A DNA stretch of 64,000 nucleotides from an uncultured delta proteobacterium (GCA_963752595.1 CAVVYZ010000016.1:1-64000), one strand, 5' to 3'; counted from the first letter of the stretch, positions 10,005 to 18,555 are shown. The notes: generated by a model from the letters alone, not told the origin. Translations and numbers: made by a program.

Positions 10005-10164
10005 CCCGGATAGAACTCCGGATATCCAAGGACAATGATAAATGGACAATTCCGCTCACGTAAGATATCAAGCCCCTGTCTCACGAGAGCCGATCCGATT
10101 CCCTGCCGTTGACGATGCGCACATGCGGAACATCTTCCGGTCCCTCAATTCGTATTGTGATCAT
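10005..10164 (-). pseudogene. GNAT N-acetyltransferase (YhbS-like) remnant with internal deletion and 3' truncation
   Basis: GGAG RBS and MITIRIEGPEDVPHVRIVN joined out of frame to RQRQGIGSALVRQGL...IIVLGYPEFYP, then IS21 sequence. Confidence 0.7.
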
Positions 10165-10191
10165 AGATTCTCCTTGGCCGCAAGCCGGCTT

Positions 10192-10689
10192 TTAGATAGC
10201 CCTCGCATGACGATCGGCAAGCTTCAGCAGTGTCGGGATCCTGTATGGGCCATGCATGCTCAGGATTGACTGTGCTGCCTGGTCGACGGAGCAGCCGATC
10301 GCGGAGACAAAAAGCGGTTTCTTGCTCTTGCCGCGATAGATCGGGACAAAACGGTCGGCTACCTTCAATGGGTTCTTCGCAACGCCTATAACTGCAGGCG
10401 AGTACGAAAGCGATTCGAAAAGATGAGCACCGATACCTTTCCCCACATCAGGCTCAAGGTGAACGTACCCATCGATGATGATCGTCTCGAATTTGCGTCC
10501 GGCCCGCTGCAGTACTGACAGCAAGCATGGGAGTTCCCGCTCGTAGAATCTGCCTGCGTGGTATTGCAGCGCGCTCGGCATAACCACCCGTATGAGCTCT
10601 GTCGGCTCGCTGTCGGGCCACTTGTCGAAAACCACACACGCGGCAATCGATCTGTCGCTTTCATAATGAACGTCCAGAGCTGCCTTCAT
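10192..10689 (-). CDS. Endonuclease V family protein (short form)
   Basis: ALDVHY, YHAGRFYERELP, IIIDGYV, VIGVAK, PLFVS, MHGPYRIPTLLKLAD. Confidence 0.85.
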   Translation of the reverse strand: MKAALDVHYESDRSIAACVVFDKWPDSEPTELIRVVMPSALQYHAGRFYERELPCLLSVLQRAGRKFETIIIDGYVHLEPDVGKGIGAHLFESLSYSPAVIGVAKNPLKVADRFVPIYRGKSKKPLFVSAIGCSVDQAAQSILSMHGPYRIPTLLKLADRHARAI

Positions 10690-10698
10690 ATTAAATGA

Positions 10699-11349
10699 TC
10701 ATTTCAGATTATTGATGATGGTCATTGCATCGTCGTGCATGGTTTTCTGTATGTCGGCTATGGTCTGAACGGCTCGCTGATAGTCCTGATACACCTTCTG
10801 CAGGTCGAATTGTGCCAGCTGGGCATCATTCCTGACCGAACCGAGGATATCCTGCAGATATTCATTGTAAGCTTTTAACATTTCGGGGGTGGTAATTGCC
10901 TCGCCCTCGATGACCGAGCTTCCGGTCCCCGTGTTGGTGAAGGTCTTCCTGCGGATTCCTGTCTTTCCCAACCCGCCGGGGTTCTGCAGAAAGGTATTGG
11001 TGAGGTTCAGCTCTTCCCGCAGGGCATTCCCCAGTCTTTTGACAGAATCCTCCCTTATGCGCGCCTTCTGCACCTTGTCCTCCCCGATCTGCCGAACCTG
11101 CTGCTGAAGAGATGAGATGGCGGCTGTGACATTCATCCGGGGGTTCGCCTTTACATAGCTTCCCCATGCATTCAGGACCTCCTGCTGAGATTTCCCCTCA
11201 TAAAACATCATGGCCGTCCGGTTTAATCCTGTATTCAGCTGATTGACAGGTGCTCCCCGAAAGACAGGAGAAGAAAAACCCTGGGCCAAGCAGACCGATT
11301 GCAGTGAAAGTACCAGGAATGAAACCGTGATCAGATATCCTGCCCTCAT
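10699..11349 (-). CDS. Secreted hypothetical protein with a helical C-terminal tail resembling T3SS needle/filament proteins
   Basis: Signal peptide MRAGYLITVSFLVLSLQSVCLA-Q, GGAGGG RBS; C-terminus DAQLAQFDLQ...QTIADIQKTMHDDAMTIINNLK. Confidence 0.65.
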   Translation of the reverse strand: MRAGYLITVSFLVLSLQSVCLAQGFSSPVFRGAPVNQLNTGLNRTAMMFYEGKSQQEVLNAWGSYVKANPRMNVTAAISSLQQQVRQIGEDKVQKARIREDSVKRLGNALREELNLTNTFLQNPGGLGKTGIRRKTFTNTGTGSSVIEGEAITTPEMLKAYNEYLQDILGSVRNDAQLAQFDLQKVYQDYQRAVQTIADIQKTMHDDAMTIINNLK

Positions 11350-11443
11350 TGAATCCCCTCCTTGTTTTGTAATGGGAAAGCCAAGACAATACCACGAATG
11401 AACCGGAATATTCAAAGGCTGTATTGGGCCGAAGTCAGGTTAC

Positions 11444-11507
11444 GCGCAACATCACACAATCAGCGGTCGTGGCTGGCTCCCGGGTCCGCCGGGTTGGCTT
11501 GCCGGGA
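11444..11507 (-). repeat. Degenerate attC-like site
   Basis: - strand TCCCGGC-aagc-caacccggcgg...ccgctgattg-tgtgat-GTTGCGC. L boxes and R' are recognisable; R'' is decayed. Confidence 0.35.
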
Positions 11508-11852
11508 CATCATGGGGAAAATCCGCTTCTCCCTGAGCGAAACTTGTTTCTTGCCGAGGCCGCTCCCTGCCGAGGGGGCTTAAGTAATGGCCGGACTCCG
11601 AGTTTAAACCCAATAGTGAAGCAAAATCTGTTGAATCTGCATTACGTATCATCATCCGGTGTGAGATACATTCCGCCTTACCACGCGTAGCGTGCTCCTC
11701 CGACGAAGGCATGCGCAGTTTCTTCGCTGCCGCGCAGCTCGGCGTTGTAGTCCGCGAAGAACTGCACATCAGTTTTTTGATCATATCCCCCGGATGGCTG
11801 TTTGCACAATGACTCAGGCTTCCATCCCAGTCTGTTCTGAAAGGTTTAGTGC

Positions 11853-12104
11853 TTAAATGTCCATATCTTGCGGACGTCCCCTAGTTTCACTTTTTCCCCT
11901 GTTGCGGATAATAAGGCCATTCAGGAAACGTCTTAAAATCTGGTCTCCGCATTCTTTATAGTTTTTATGATCTTCTTTCCTGAACAGGGCGGACAGTTCG
12001 GTCTTGGAAATCTCAAAATCAGCAAGTTTCAGGATATCGATGATATCGGTGTCTTTGAGATTCAATGCGATCCTGAGTTTTTTCAGTATATCGTTATTTT
12101 TCAT
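11853..12104 (-). CDS. DUF1456 (YehS) family protein
   Basis: MKNNDILKKLRIALNL...ELSALFRKEDHKNYKECGDQILRRFLNGL. Confidence 0.88.
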   Translation of the reverse strand: MKNNDILKKLRIALNLKDTDIIDILKLADFEISKTELSALFRKEDHKNYKECGDQILRRFLNGLIIRNRGKSETRGRPQDMDI

Positions 12105-12214
12105 GAGTGTCTCCCGGATACTCTTTGTGAGGCCTGCTTGTTGCCCGGCGTCACCTCATGGCACCTTGCAGCTTAAAAAGCCTGTAACCCTTCTCAACTT
12201 ATTGAAGCTGTTTT

Positions 12215-13106
12215 TTACCTGCTATCGGATGTTCCCAGCCGGCATTGCACAATTTCGGTAAACCGACCAAGAATCTCATCCTGTATCGAGCGCTTGATCT
12301 TAGGGTTGATCCCCTGTTCAACAAAAGCCGGGTCCTGGATGTTATTTCTGCACAGCTCAAGCAACTTGACATTACTGAAAACATAATCGGGTGGTTTGTT
12401 GAGTTTTTTTGCAAATGCATCTCTTAAGATAAAGATCTCTTTGAACATCTCCTGCCGGTTTTTATCGAGCCGGTGATACCCTTTGGCTTTTTCATATTTT
12501 GCCGGTTTAACTTTATTATTGTTCTTTCCATCCTGAAGCATGAGATTTTGGAGGATATAGGTATCCAGCAGTCCGTTGTTTTTGAGCTTGTCAAACAGCG
12601 CATCCTTCAACCTGAATAAATATCTCACGTCTCCCATGGCATATTCGATGGCGGCTTTGTTGAGCGGTCTTGTCATCCAGTTGTATTGCTGGAACTTTTT
12701 TTTATTCAGGGGAGCGTTTCCCAGCTCTTCACTCAAGAACATGTGCCAGGCTCTGCTTCGGATATTTCAGCAGGGTAACCGCAGGTCTCAGATCGAGAAC
12801 AGACTTCAGCTTAATTCCGTATGCCGTATCAAGCAACGCTGCATCGCTTAATGAATCATACATGATCTTCAACAAATCACGTTTTTCAAAAAGCCTCTTT
12901 ATGCCCTCACCATTCTTGAATTTAAAAGGATCGATGATAATTTCGTTCTCCAGGTCAAAGATCTGGATAAGACATAAATGCTCCCCATAGCAGTGAAGAT
13001 TGCATTCAGCTTCCACATCAACGGCGATTATCTTCCGGTCGTGTTTATCCAATGCATCCAGGTAGCCGTAAATTTCACTGTCGGTTTTCAGCTCAATAAT
13101 ACTCAT
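12215..13106 (-). CDS. rnd: Ribonuclease D-like 3'-5' exonuclease with HRDC domain, split by a frameshift near 12735
   Basis: IAVDVEA...LCLIQI; NWMTRPL...EYAMGDVRYL; HRDC-like RDAFAKKLNKPPDYVFSN. ORFs 12729-13106 and 12215-12742. Confidence 0.8.
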
Positions 13107-13388
13107 GAGACGCTCTATACCTTATTTGCGGTGGAATTCATACCCGTACCGTCAGATGCATTGGGAACAGTAATAGAATGGCCGACCAGTATTTTCATGT
13201 CTGCGGATAAGGGTTGTTACCTCCTTCTCTATGCCATCCTGGAGGAATAAGCCCCAGTTCTATATTTGTTGAAGTAGAAGAAAATAGAAACGTCCCCTTT
13301 TCCACATATATTGGAGTTATTATAATAAAATTTTTGTGGTTCTCTTGAGATCTTTTTTCAAGTTCAAATGCTGATTGCTTTGTGAACC

Positions 13389-13802
13389 TTACCAATCGCT
13401 TCGGTCATCCTTACTTTTTGCTTCGGTATTCTTAGAAATCAGGTACAACACCCGCGCCTTCACCTGATCTCGCCTATTCTCGCTCTTACATTCTATCATG
13501 GCATTCCTGCTCGTATGATGTATATGTAAGCGGGTGTTTTGCTCATGCAACCGCCACACTGCGCCCTGTTCCCCAGCCCGGCAGGGTTGCCAATGGCCAT
13601 GCACGAATTTCACCCAACAGTTCTGATTTGTGTAGCCATTCAACGACCTTGGAGCCGACCTCCCTACGTTATCATCATTAGGGTGTTTTATCGTGATGCG
13701 CCCGTAATACACGTTGTCCATAAAGTAGAGGGTCGGTGAACCAAACAGGTCTCCAGTATACCCAATAAAATTTTCAAATGTGTAAAAGTAGTCGAAAGCC
13801 AT
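13389..13802 (-). CDS. Hypothetical protein
   Basis: 137-aa ORF with strong GGGAGGT RBS; no recognisable family. Confidence 0.6.
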   Translation of the reverse strand: MAFDYFYTFENFIGYTGDLFGSPTLYFMDNVYYGRITIKHPNDDNVGRSAPRSLNGYTNQNCWVKFVHGHWQPCRAGEQGAVWRLHEQNTRLHIHHTSRNAMIECKSENRRDQVKARVLYLISKNTEAKSKDDRSDW

Positions 13803-14094
13803 TCCATACCTCCCTTTTATTGAGCCACGTCGATAATCAATTCCCTAATCCACAAAAGCACAGACGACCCTCAGTCCACCGTCCCTAGCCGTCCTATCTC
13901 ATCGCTTCTTTCCTCACACAGTACCCCCCCCAACCTACTCAGCGCAACAGCCCACAAGCCTTAGTTCCCTCAAGCAACCTACCCGCCACGGTGCACGTCT
14001 CTAAAGTGAGTCACCTTTTATTTAATTATACCAGGCAATATAAAAACTTGCAAAACCATCAATACCCATATCTTTGATAGCTATTTCCACCCCC

Positions 14095-14330
14095 ATAGTG
14101 CGGGCTCGACCTTGCCCCATCTTTGGCCGACCGGTTCATCCGGGATCTCTCCCTCGATTACGGCCCGGTACTTCTCCTCATGCCCTTCGGATTCCACCTC
14201 ACGATGGACACCCTGCCCTCCGGTCTTTCAACCGGCCGGCGAGGCATTACCCCCGCTTTCGGATATGGCACCCCTCATCCGAGCGCCAGAGGGACTTGAA
14301 CCCTCCTGATTTATGCGCTGCCCAGCGCAC
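14095..14330 (-). mobile_element. Group II intron 5' remnant (inner intron), truncated, no RT ORF
   Basis: - strand begins GTGCGCTGGGCAGCGCAT (GUGYG boundary) and carries domain-I-like sequence AGGGCAGGGTGTCCATCGTGAGGTGGAATCCGAAGG. The 3' boundary is approximate. Confidence 0.75.
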
Positions 14331-14687
14331 ACTATGCCCTCTGCTGACTCCTGCATGACGGTCAGGTCGGATCTCTCCTCCCTCAGTTCATCTTCAAACA
14401 TCATGCAGATCTCCCGGGGTAAGACACAGAGCTTTCTCGCGCGTAAGCGCCGGATTTATAAAACGTACACAATTCACGGATGGAGGACTTCGTTGTCACG
14501 TACCGACTCGTCCCGTGTACGTCACACCTCTTATCCGGCTCCTGTTCGTCGCCCCTTAGCTTTTGGATTGGACTTCCTCCAGACCTCACCTCACGATGAC
14601 GCCCTTGCCCTTCTCCTAGCCTTCGGCTCCGTTTATACCTGGCGCGAGGACTCCCACCTCGCTAGCTCTGTGCCATGCCCGGCACAC
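14331..14687 (-). mobile_element. Group IIC-type intron 5' remnant (outer intron) inserted in an attC site
   Basis: - strand begins GTGTGCCGGGCATGGCACAGAGCTAGCGAGGTG, then GGGCAAGGGCGTCATCGTGAGGTGAGGTCTGGAGGAAG, TCTTACCCCGGGAGATCTGC and AGTCAGCAGAGGGCATAGT. Inserted directly after the attC hairpin. Confidence 0.8.
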
Positions 14688-14747
14688 ACGTTTCGCATCA
14701 GCGGCGCGGGCGGCAGCCCGCGTCCGTCTGCATGCGCCGGGTTAGAC
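14688..14747 (-). repeat. attC site A (R' box interrupted by the intron)
   Basis: - strand GTCTAAC-ccggc-GCATGCAG...CTGATGC-gaaac-GT|intron. Confidence 0.85.
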
Positions 14748-14748
14748 A

Positions 14749-15261
14749 TTAGCTTCTCATCCGACCAATAAGTAACTCCATCTCACGAAGCCAGCTTTCT
14801 AAGTTGTCAAAGTAGTCGCCAGGTATTTCTTTGTGGGTTTTCGGATGCTTGAATGCCGTTACCCCGTCGTCTTCACCGCCGGCATAGAAAACCAACGGGA
14901 TTCCCGCTACATGGCTAACATGGTCACGCATTGCCTTTGCGTGTGACAGCCATGTCGAGTTGTCTTGTCCCAAGTTATAGAGCTCGGTCAATTTGGGACT
15001 CACGCTCTCCTTTGCCTTCATCGCATTTCGCATATGCCCAAGCGTAACGTTCTCCGGCTTAAGTCCGCACCCTAGTTCTTCGTTTAGTTCCTGACACAAT
15101 GCCGAGTATGCGCCAAAAAGCTGAGCAAAGAATGCTTCTTGATGAGCCCGTTCGAAGTCGTGTCCTCGCCCAGGAATTTCGCATTCCCGTAGTTCCTGTA
15201 AATGAAGCCGCGCATACCGCATTTTTGCGTCTGTGCGACTGGTTAGACTTTTTTGCGTCAT
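14749..15261 (-). CDS. Integron cassette protein, HEPN-like (R-x4-H)
   Basis: Helical protein with AMRDHVSH motif, flanked by attC sites. Confidence 0.65.
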   Translation of the reverse strand: MTQKSLTSRTDAKMRYARLHLQELRECEIPGRGHDFERAHQEAFFAQLFGAYSALCQELNEELGCGLKPENVTLGHMRNAMKAKESVSPKLTELYNLGQDNSTWLSHAKAMRDHVSHVAGIPLVFYAGGEDDGVTAFKHPKTHKEIPGDYFDNLESWLREMELLIGRMRS

Positions 15262-15268
15262 CTTTAAT

Positions 15269-15327
15269 CCCTAACGCTGGGATCACCGCGCGGCTATGCC
15301 GCGTCGGCCTGGATGCCCTTGTTAGCC
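15269..15327 (-). repeat. attC site B
   Basis: GGCTAAC-aaggg-CATCCAGG...GTGATC-ccagc-GTTAGGG with a GC-rich central hairpin. Confidence 0.85.
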
Positions 15328-15331
15328 TTTT

Positions 15332-16166
15332 TTAAGATATTCCTTTCGAAACCACTCTGATGGTTTAAAACGAACAATATTTTCTTTTAAGAGTTCTGGT
15401 TCAAGCCCATATTTTGAACCAACCACTAAGATCAACCGTTTGGCTGTACCTGGTGGTAGATCAAGACTTTTATCTACTTCACGAAAATGTATAAATTACC
15501 ATTGTAGTAGTTGGACTCTCTTTTTTGTATACAGTGTAGGATAAGTAAGAAACTCATGTGCTTCTTTTAATAAGATTCGACTCAATAACTTCGCATAGTT
15601 CATCATCAGAGTATCCTGCATATCTGCCACGATAAAACTGCCGTTCAACTAGATCAGTATCAATTATTTTAACTTTATTATATTTTGGTATGCGTTTCAT
15701 TATATTCGATGCACGAAATGATGAAATTACACCAAACCCAAATTGTTTAATTAAGCCTTCAAAGAGTAGTTTCAGATCGATTGCCTTGCCAATTGATAAA
15801 GCTTGTAAACGGTCAAGTGGAGAAGGTAGATCTGAGAAAATCAATCTCAGGAGCACAAAGAGGATATATTGCAAGCTGATCCTTTCTGGCCCTTAACAAA
15901 AGCACCAATCTCAAACCACAACCAGTGGCCTTTCGATCGAAAGTGGCGTTATAATGACAATTACTGCTTGAGGATATCAGCTTTTCTTCAATAGCCGCAA
16001 GCCAATCTTTAGAAGCACCTATTGCCCCTGGGGAACTTGTGCAGAATACATTAATTCCATCTGCAAAGACCTTCACAATTTCAGCTTGTAGGACAGATGC
16101 AAACTCGCCATCGGAAGAGGCATGACTGATAAATAGATTTGGCTTTTCTATTTGATGTTGTGGCAT
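15332..16166 (-). CDS. Integron cassette: TIR-domain protein, several frameshifts
   Basis: LFISHASSD...VFCTSS...WLAAIEEKL is a TIR N-terminus. Continues through ORF 15554-15874 to a stop at 15332. Confidence 0.7.
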
Positions 16167-16185
16167 ATCAAACCTTCCTTTGTTG

Positions 16186-16283
16186 GGCTAACGCTACGGA
16201 TCACCGGCCACCAGGGCTAGGTGAGCGATTAAGTTTGCAAGGACGACTAGCCCTGGTGGTCCGCGTGCAACCGCTTGTTAGCC
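16186..16283 (-). repeat. attC site C (98 bp)
   Basis: GGCTAAC...ccaccagggctag/ctagccctggtgg 13-bp stem...GTTAGCC. Confidence 0.88.
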
Positions 16284-16293
16284 AAGAATAATC

Positions 16294-16677
16294 TTAAGAA
16301 AGCAAATTTTTTATCTGTTCATCAATATCTGCAATTGCTCTGCTCATCTCAATTGTCATATTGAAAATTAACTCTTTTTTGATTTTATCAGAGGAATCAT
16401 CCTTATCTAAATACTCGTTATATAATTTGGCAGCTGCTCTTGGCATATGAACTTCTAGTTCAGCAGCAAACTTATTTGAGATTGTATCATTAGATAAACC
16501 TTCAATTAACATTTGAAGGACTTGTTCTTTTTTTTGTCCAAGTCTTATGCGCTCTTCCTTTAGATAAGCAATTTTTGTCTCCCGTTTCCAGTGAAAGTGG
16601 TTATAAATCAACTGTGCAATTGGTGAAATACTACCAATGAATCCACCGATGACAACTCCGATCAACGTTTCTGACAT
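16294..16677 (-). CDS. Integron cassette: hypothetical protein with N-terminal TM helix
   Basis: MSETLIGVVIGGFIGSISPIAQLIY followed by a helical region. Low GC, flanked by attC sites. Confidence 0.7.
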   Translation of the reverse strand: MSETLIGVVIGGFIGSISPIAQLIYNHFHWKRETKIAYLKEERIRLGQKKEQVLQMLIEGLSNDTISNKFAAELEVHMPRAAAKLYNEYLDKDDSSDKIKKELIFNMTIEMSRAIADIDEQIKNLLS

Positions 16678-16691
16678 ATAGGCACCTTCCT

Positions 16692-16755
16692 GGCTAACGT
16701 TTGGCATCACCAGCGCGGGCGATAGCCCACGTCTGTGTGGATGCCATGGTTATAT
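16692..16755 (-). repeat. attC site D
   Basis: ATATAAC-catgg-CATCCACA...GTGATGC-caaac-GTTAGCC. Confidence 0.88.
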
Positions 16756-16760
16756 GATAT

Positions 16761-17474
16761 TTATGTTCCTTCTATTTTAACTATATGTTTGGGCTCTAGA
16801 GTCTTTCCTCTCAGATCGATAGAATAGCCATCGAATAGGTCGCCAGAGTCATCTTCAGGGTCCAGAAAATTGAAGTAGGCACGTAATACACAGAAGGGAA
16901 AGTAACCTCTCTCACAAAGGAGAGAATATGGTATAGCACAATGAATTATCAGGGGGGCCGACATGGCATGGTCAACACCAACATGATAGCCAGCACAACC
17001 TAACAGGATTTCAGGGCCATGAAGGCAGAAATGATTGTCCGGCTTCTTTGCACACTTGTAACTAAGAAAGAAAAAGGGTCCTGGACTTTGTTGAGATCGG
17101 TATACTAAGGTACTTTTCCCATTTGCTGTTTGGTTACTGTCAGCAGAAAGTCTCACTGTTTCTTCAGATAGAGGAAGGATGCCCTTTTCGAGAAAAACCT
17201 GTTTGTCACTGTGACGCGTGCAATGATAACCCATGATCCTCATATCATTAGCAACACAACTTTGATCCCATTTATTTAAAGAATGATCTTCTGTGCAACC
17301 GAGACAATGTGATACATCAGCTATCATTTGATTGGTTATACCCCAGAATCCAGACGAAGCTGTTTTTCCAGAGGTCTTCAGGTCAGCATACAAGTCTGCA
17401 GGTATGAACCAGTCTTTGGAAATCTGGTCTGTCGCGACCTCAATGGACTCTCGATCATCAATATCTATGATCAT
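16761..17474 (-). CDS. Integron cassette: hypothetical protein, possible ADP-ribosyltransferase-like fold
   Basis: 237 aa between attC D and attC E; GYHCTR...FLEKGILPLS motif. Confidence 0.65.
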   Translation of the reverse strand: MIIDIDDRESIEVATDQISKDWFIPADLYADLKTSGKTASSGFWGITNQMIADVSHCLGCTEDHSLNKWDQSCVANDMRIMGYHCTRHSDKQVFLEKGILPLSEETVRLSADSNQTANGKSTLVYRSQQSPGPFFFLSYKCAKKPDNHFCLHGPEILLGCAGYHVGVDHAMSAPLIIHCAIPYSLLCERGYFPFCVLRAYFNFLDPEDDSGDLFDGYSIDLRGKTLEPKHIVKIEGT

Positions 17475-17482
17475 CTTCCCTC

Positions 17483-17539
17483 ATATAACGTGGGCATCAC
17501 CGGCGGCTGTAAGCCGTCCGGTGGATGACCTGGTTATGC
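17483..17539 (-). repeat. attC site E
   Basis: GCATAAC-caggt-CATCCACC-ggacggcttacagccgccg-GTGATGC-ccac-GTTATAT. Confidence 0.88.
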
Positions 17540-17545
17540 ATTTTT

Positions 17546-18438
17546 TTAAAGTAAAAACGAGTCAGACACTTCAACAATATTCAAGCTTTTAAGTAAACCA
17601 GACTTACTTTTATTTTTAAACACTCTGCAATAAATAAAGCCTTCCTGAGAATACCTAACTCTTTGTGTATTTGCTAATAGGCTATTTGCAATTAAAGACA
17701 CACTATAATCAGTTTTTGCATCACCAAAGAGTGTGAACGGAATAGGCCGACCTTCTTCGCTGATATATATTCTTCCTTTAAATGTATTACTGTTATAACT
17801 TGAGACTCTACCAGTTATCGTTGTTGGTTTTTGGCTTGTCTCGGTATACGAAATATATTCATAGGTTGATTCATTGAATTGGCTACCAATTATTAAATCA
17901 CCACCAGGTGTATTAACGCTTAGTGATCCTTCTGTTGCAGTTTTTTGGGCATATACAGGCCTATGCATGTCTTTAATTGGTTTTAAACATTTTTCAGAGA
18001 GAGCATCTAATCTGTGTTGATATAACACAGGTATTTTTGATCCAGATTTTTTAATTTCCTCGTATTTTTCCCTAATGATTTTTCATAATCCACATGAAAC
18101 CCTAAAGTTTCAGATATTACATAATCATAAGCTGAATATACCAGATGACCTAATGGAGTATTTTGGGGGGCAGTTCCAAGTTGATAAAAAGTACTTGCAG
18201 CAATAGCAAGAACTGCTGTCATTTTCCAGCTTCCTTCTTCAGAAGGAAGGGCCAAAATATTTGCCCCTCTTAGAGAAGGAGCTTGAGTTATAATTTCATC
18301 ATGTAAGACAAGCTGGGTGGTTAAGGCCAAGGATCGATGTAAGCCTATTAGTGCTTGTGCTACATCATATAGATCAATTTCGTTTTCATCAGCTTGCCCA
18401 CCTGAAAACGAAAGGGTGAATTTTAATAACTCATTCAT
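17546..18438 (-). CDS. First cassette: hypothetical protein split by a frameshift near 18030
   Basis: ORFs 18007-18438 and 17546-18028 overlap on the same strand. AGGAG RBS, low GC, followed by attC E. Confidence 0.7.
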
Positions 18439-18531
18439 ACCATCTCCTCTTTAACGTCTCATGATCAATCAACAAAAAGATCATTACTAGTGATTCTTAA
18501 GCTAACATTTACTATACTGCAAAATTGAAGC

Positions 18532-18555
18532 AAAAGTCGCTATATAGCGACTTTT
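18532..18555. promoter_or_regulatory. Perfect 24-bp palindrome upstream of the cassette array
   Basis: aaaagtcgctat|atagcgactttt. Confidence 0.5.

Noticed and set aside
14074-14771. Plus-strand ORFs 14074-14358 and 14313-14771
   Set aside because: They are antisense translations of group II intron RNA.
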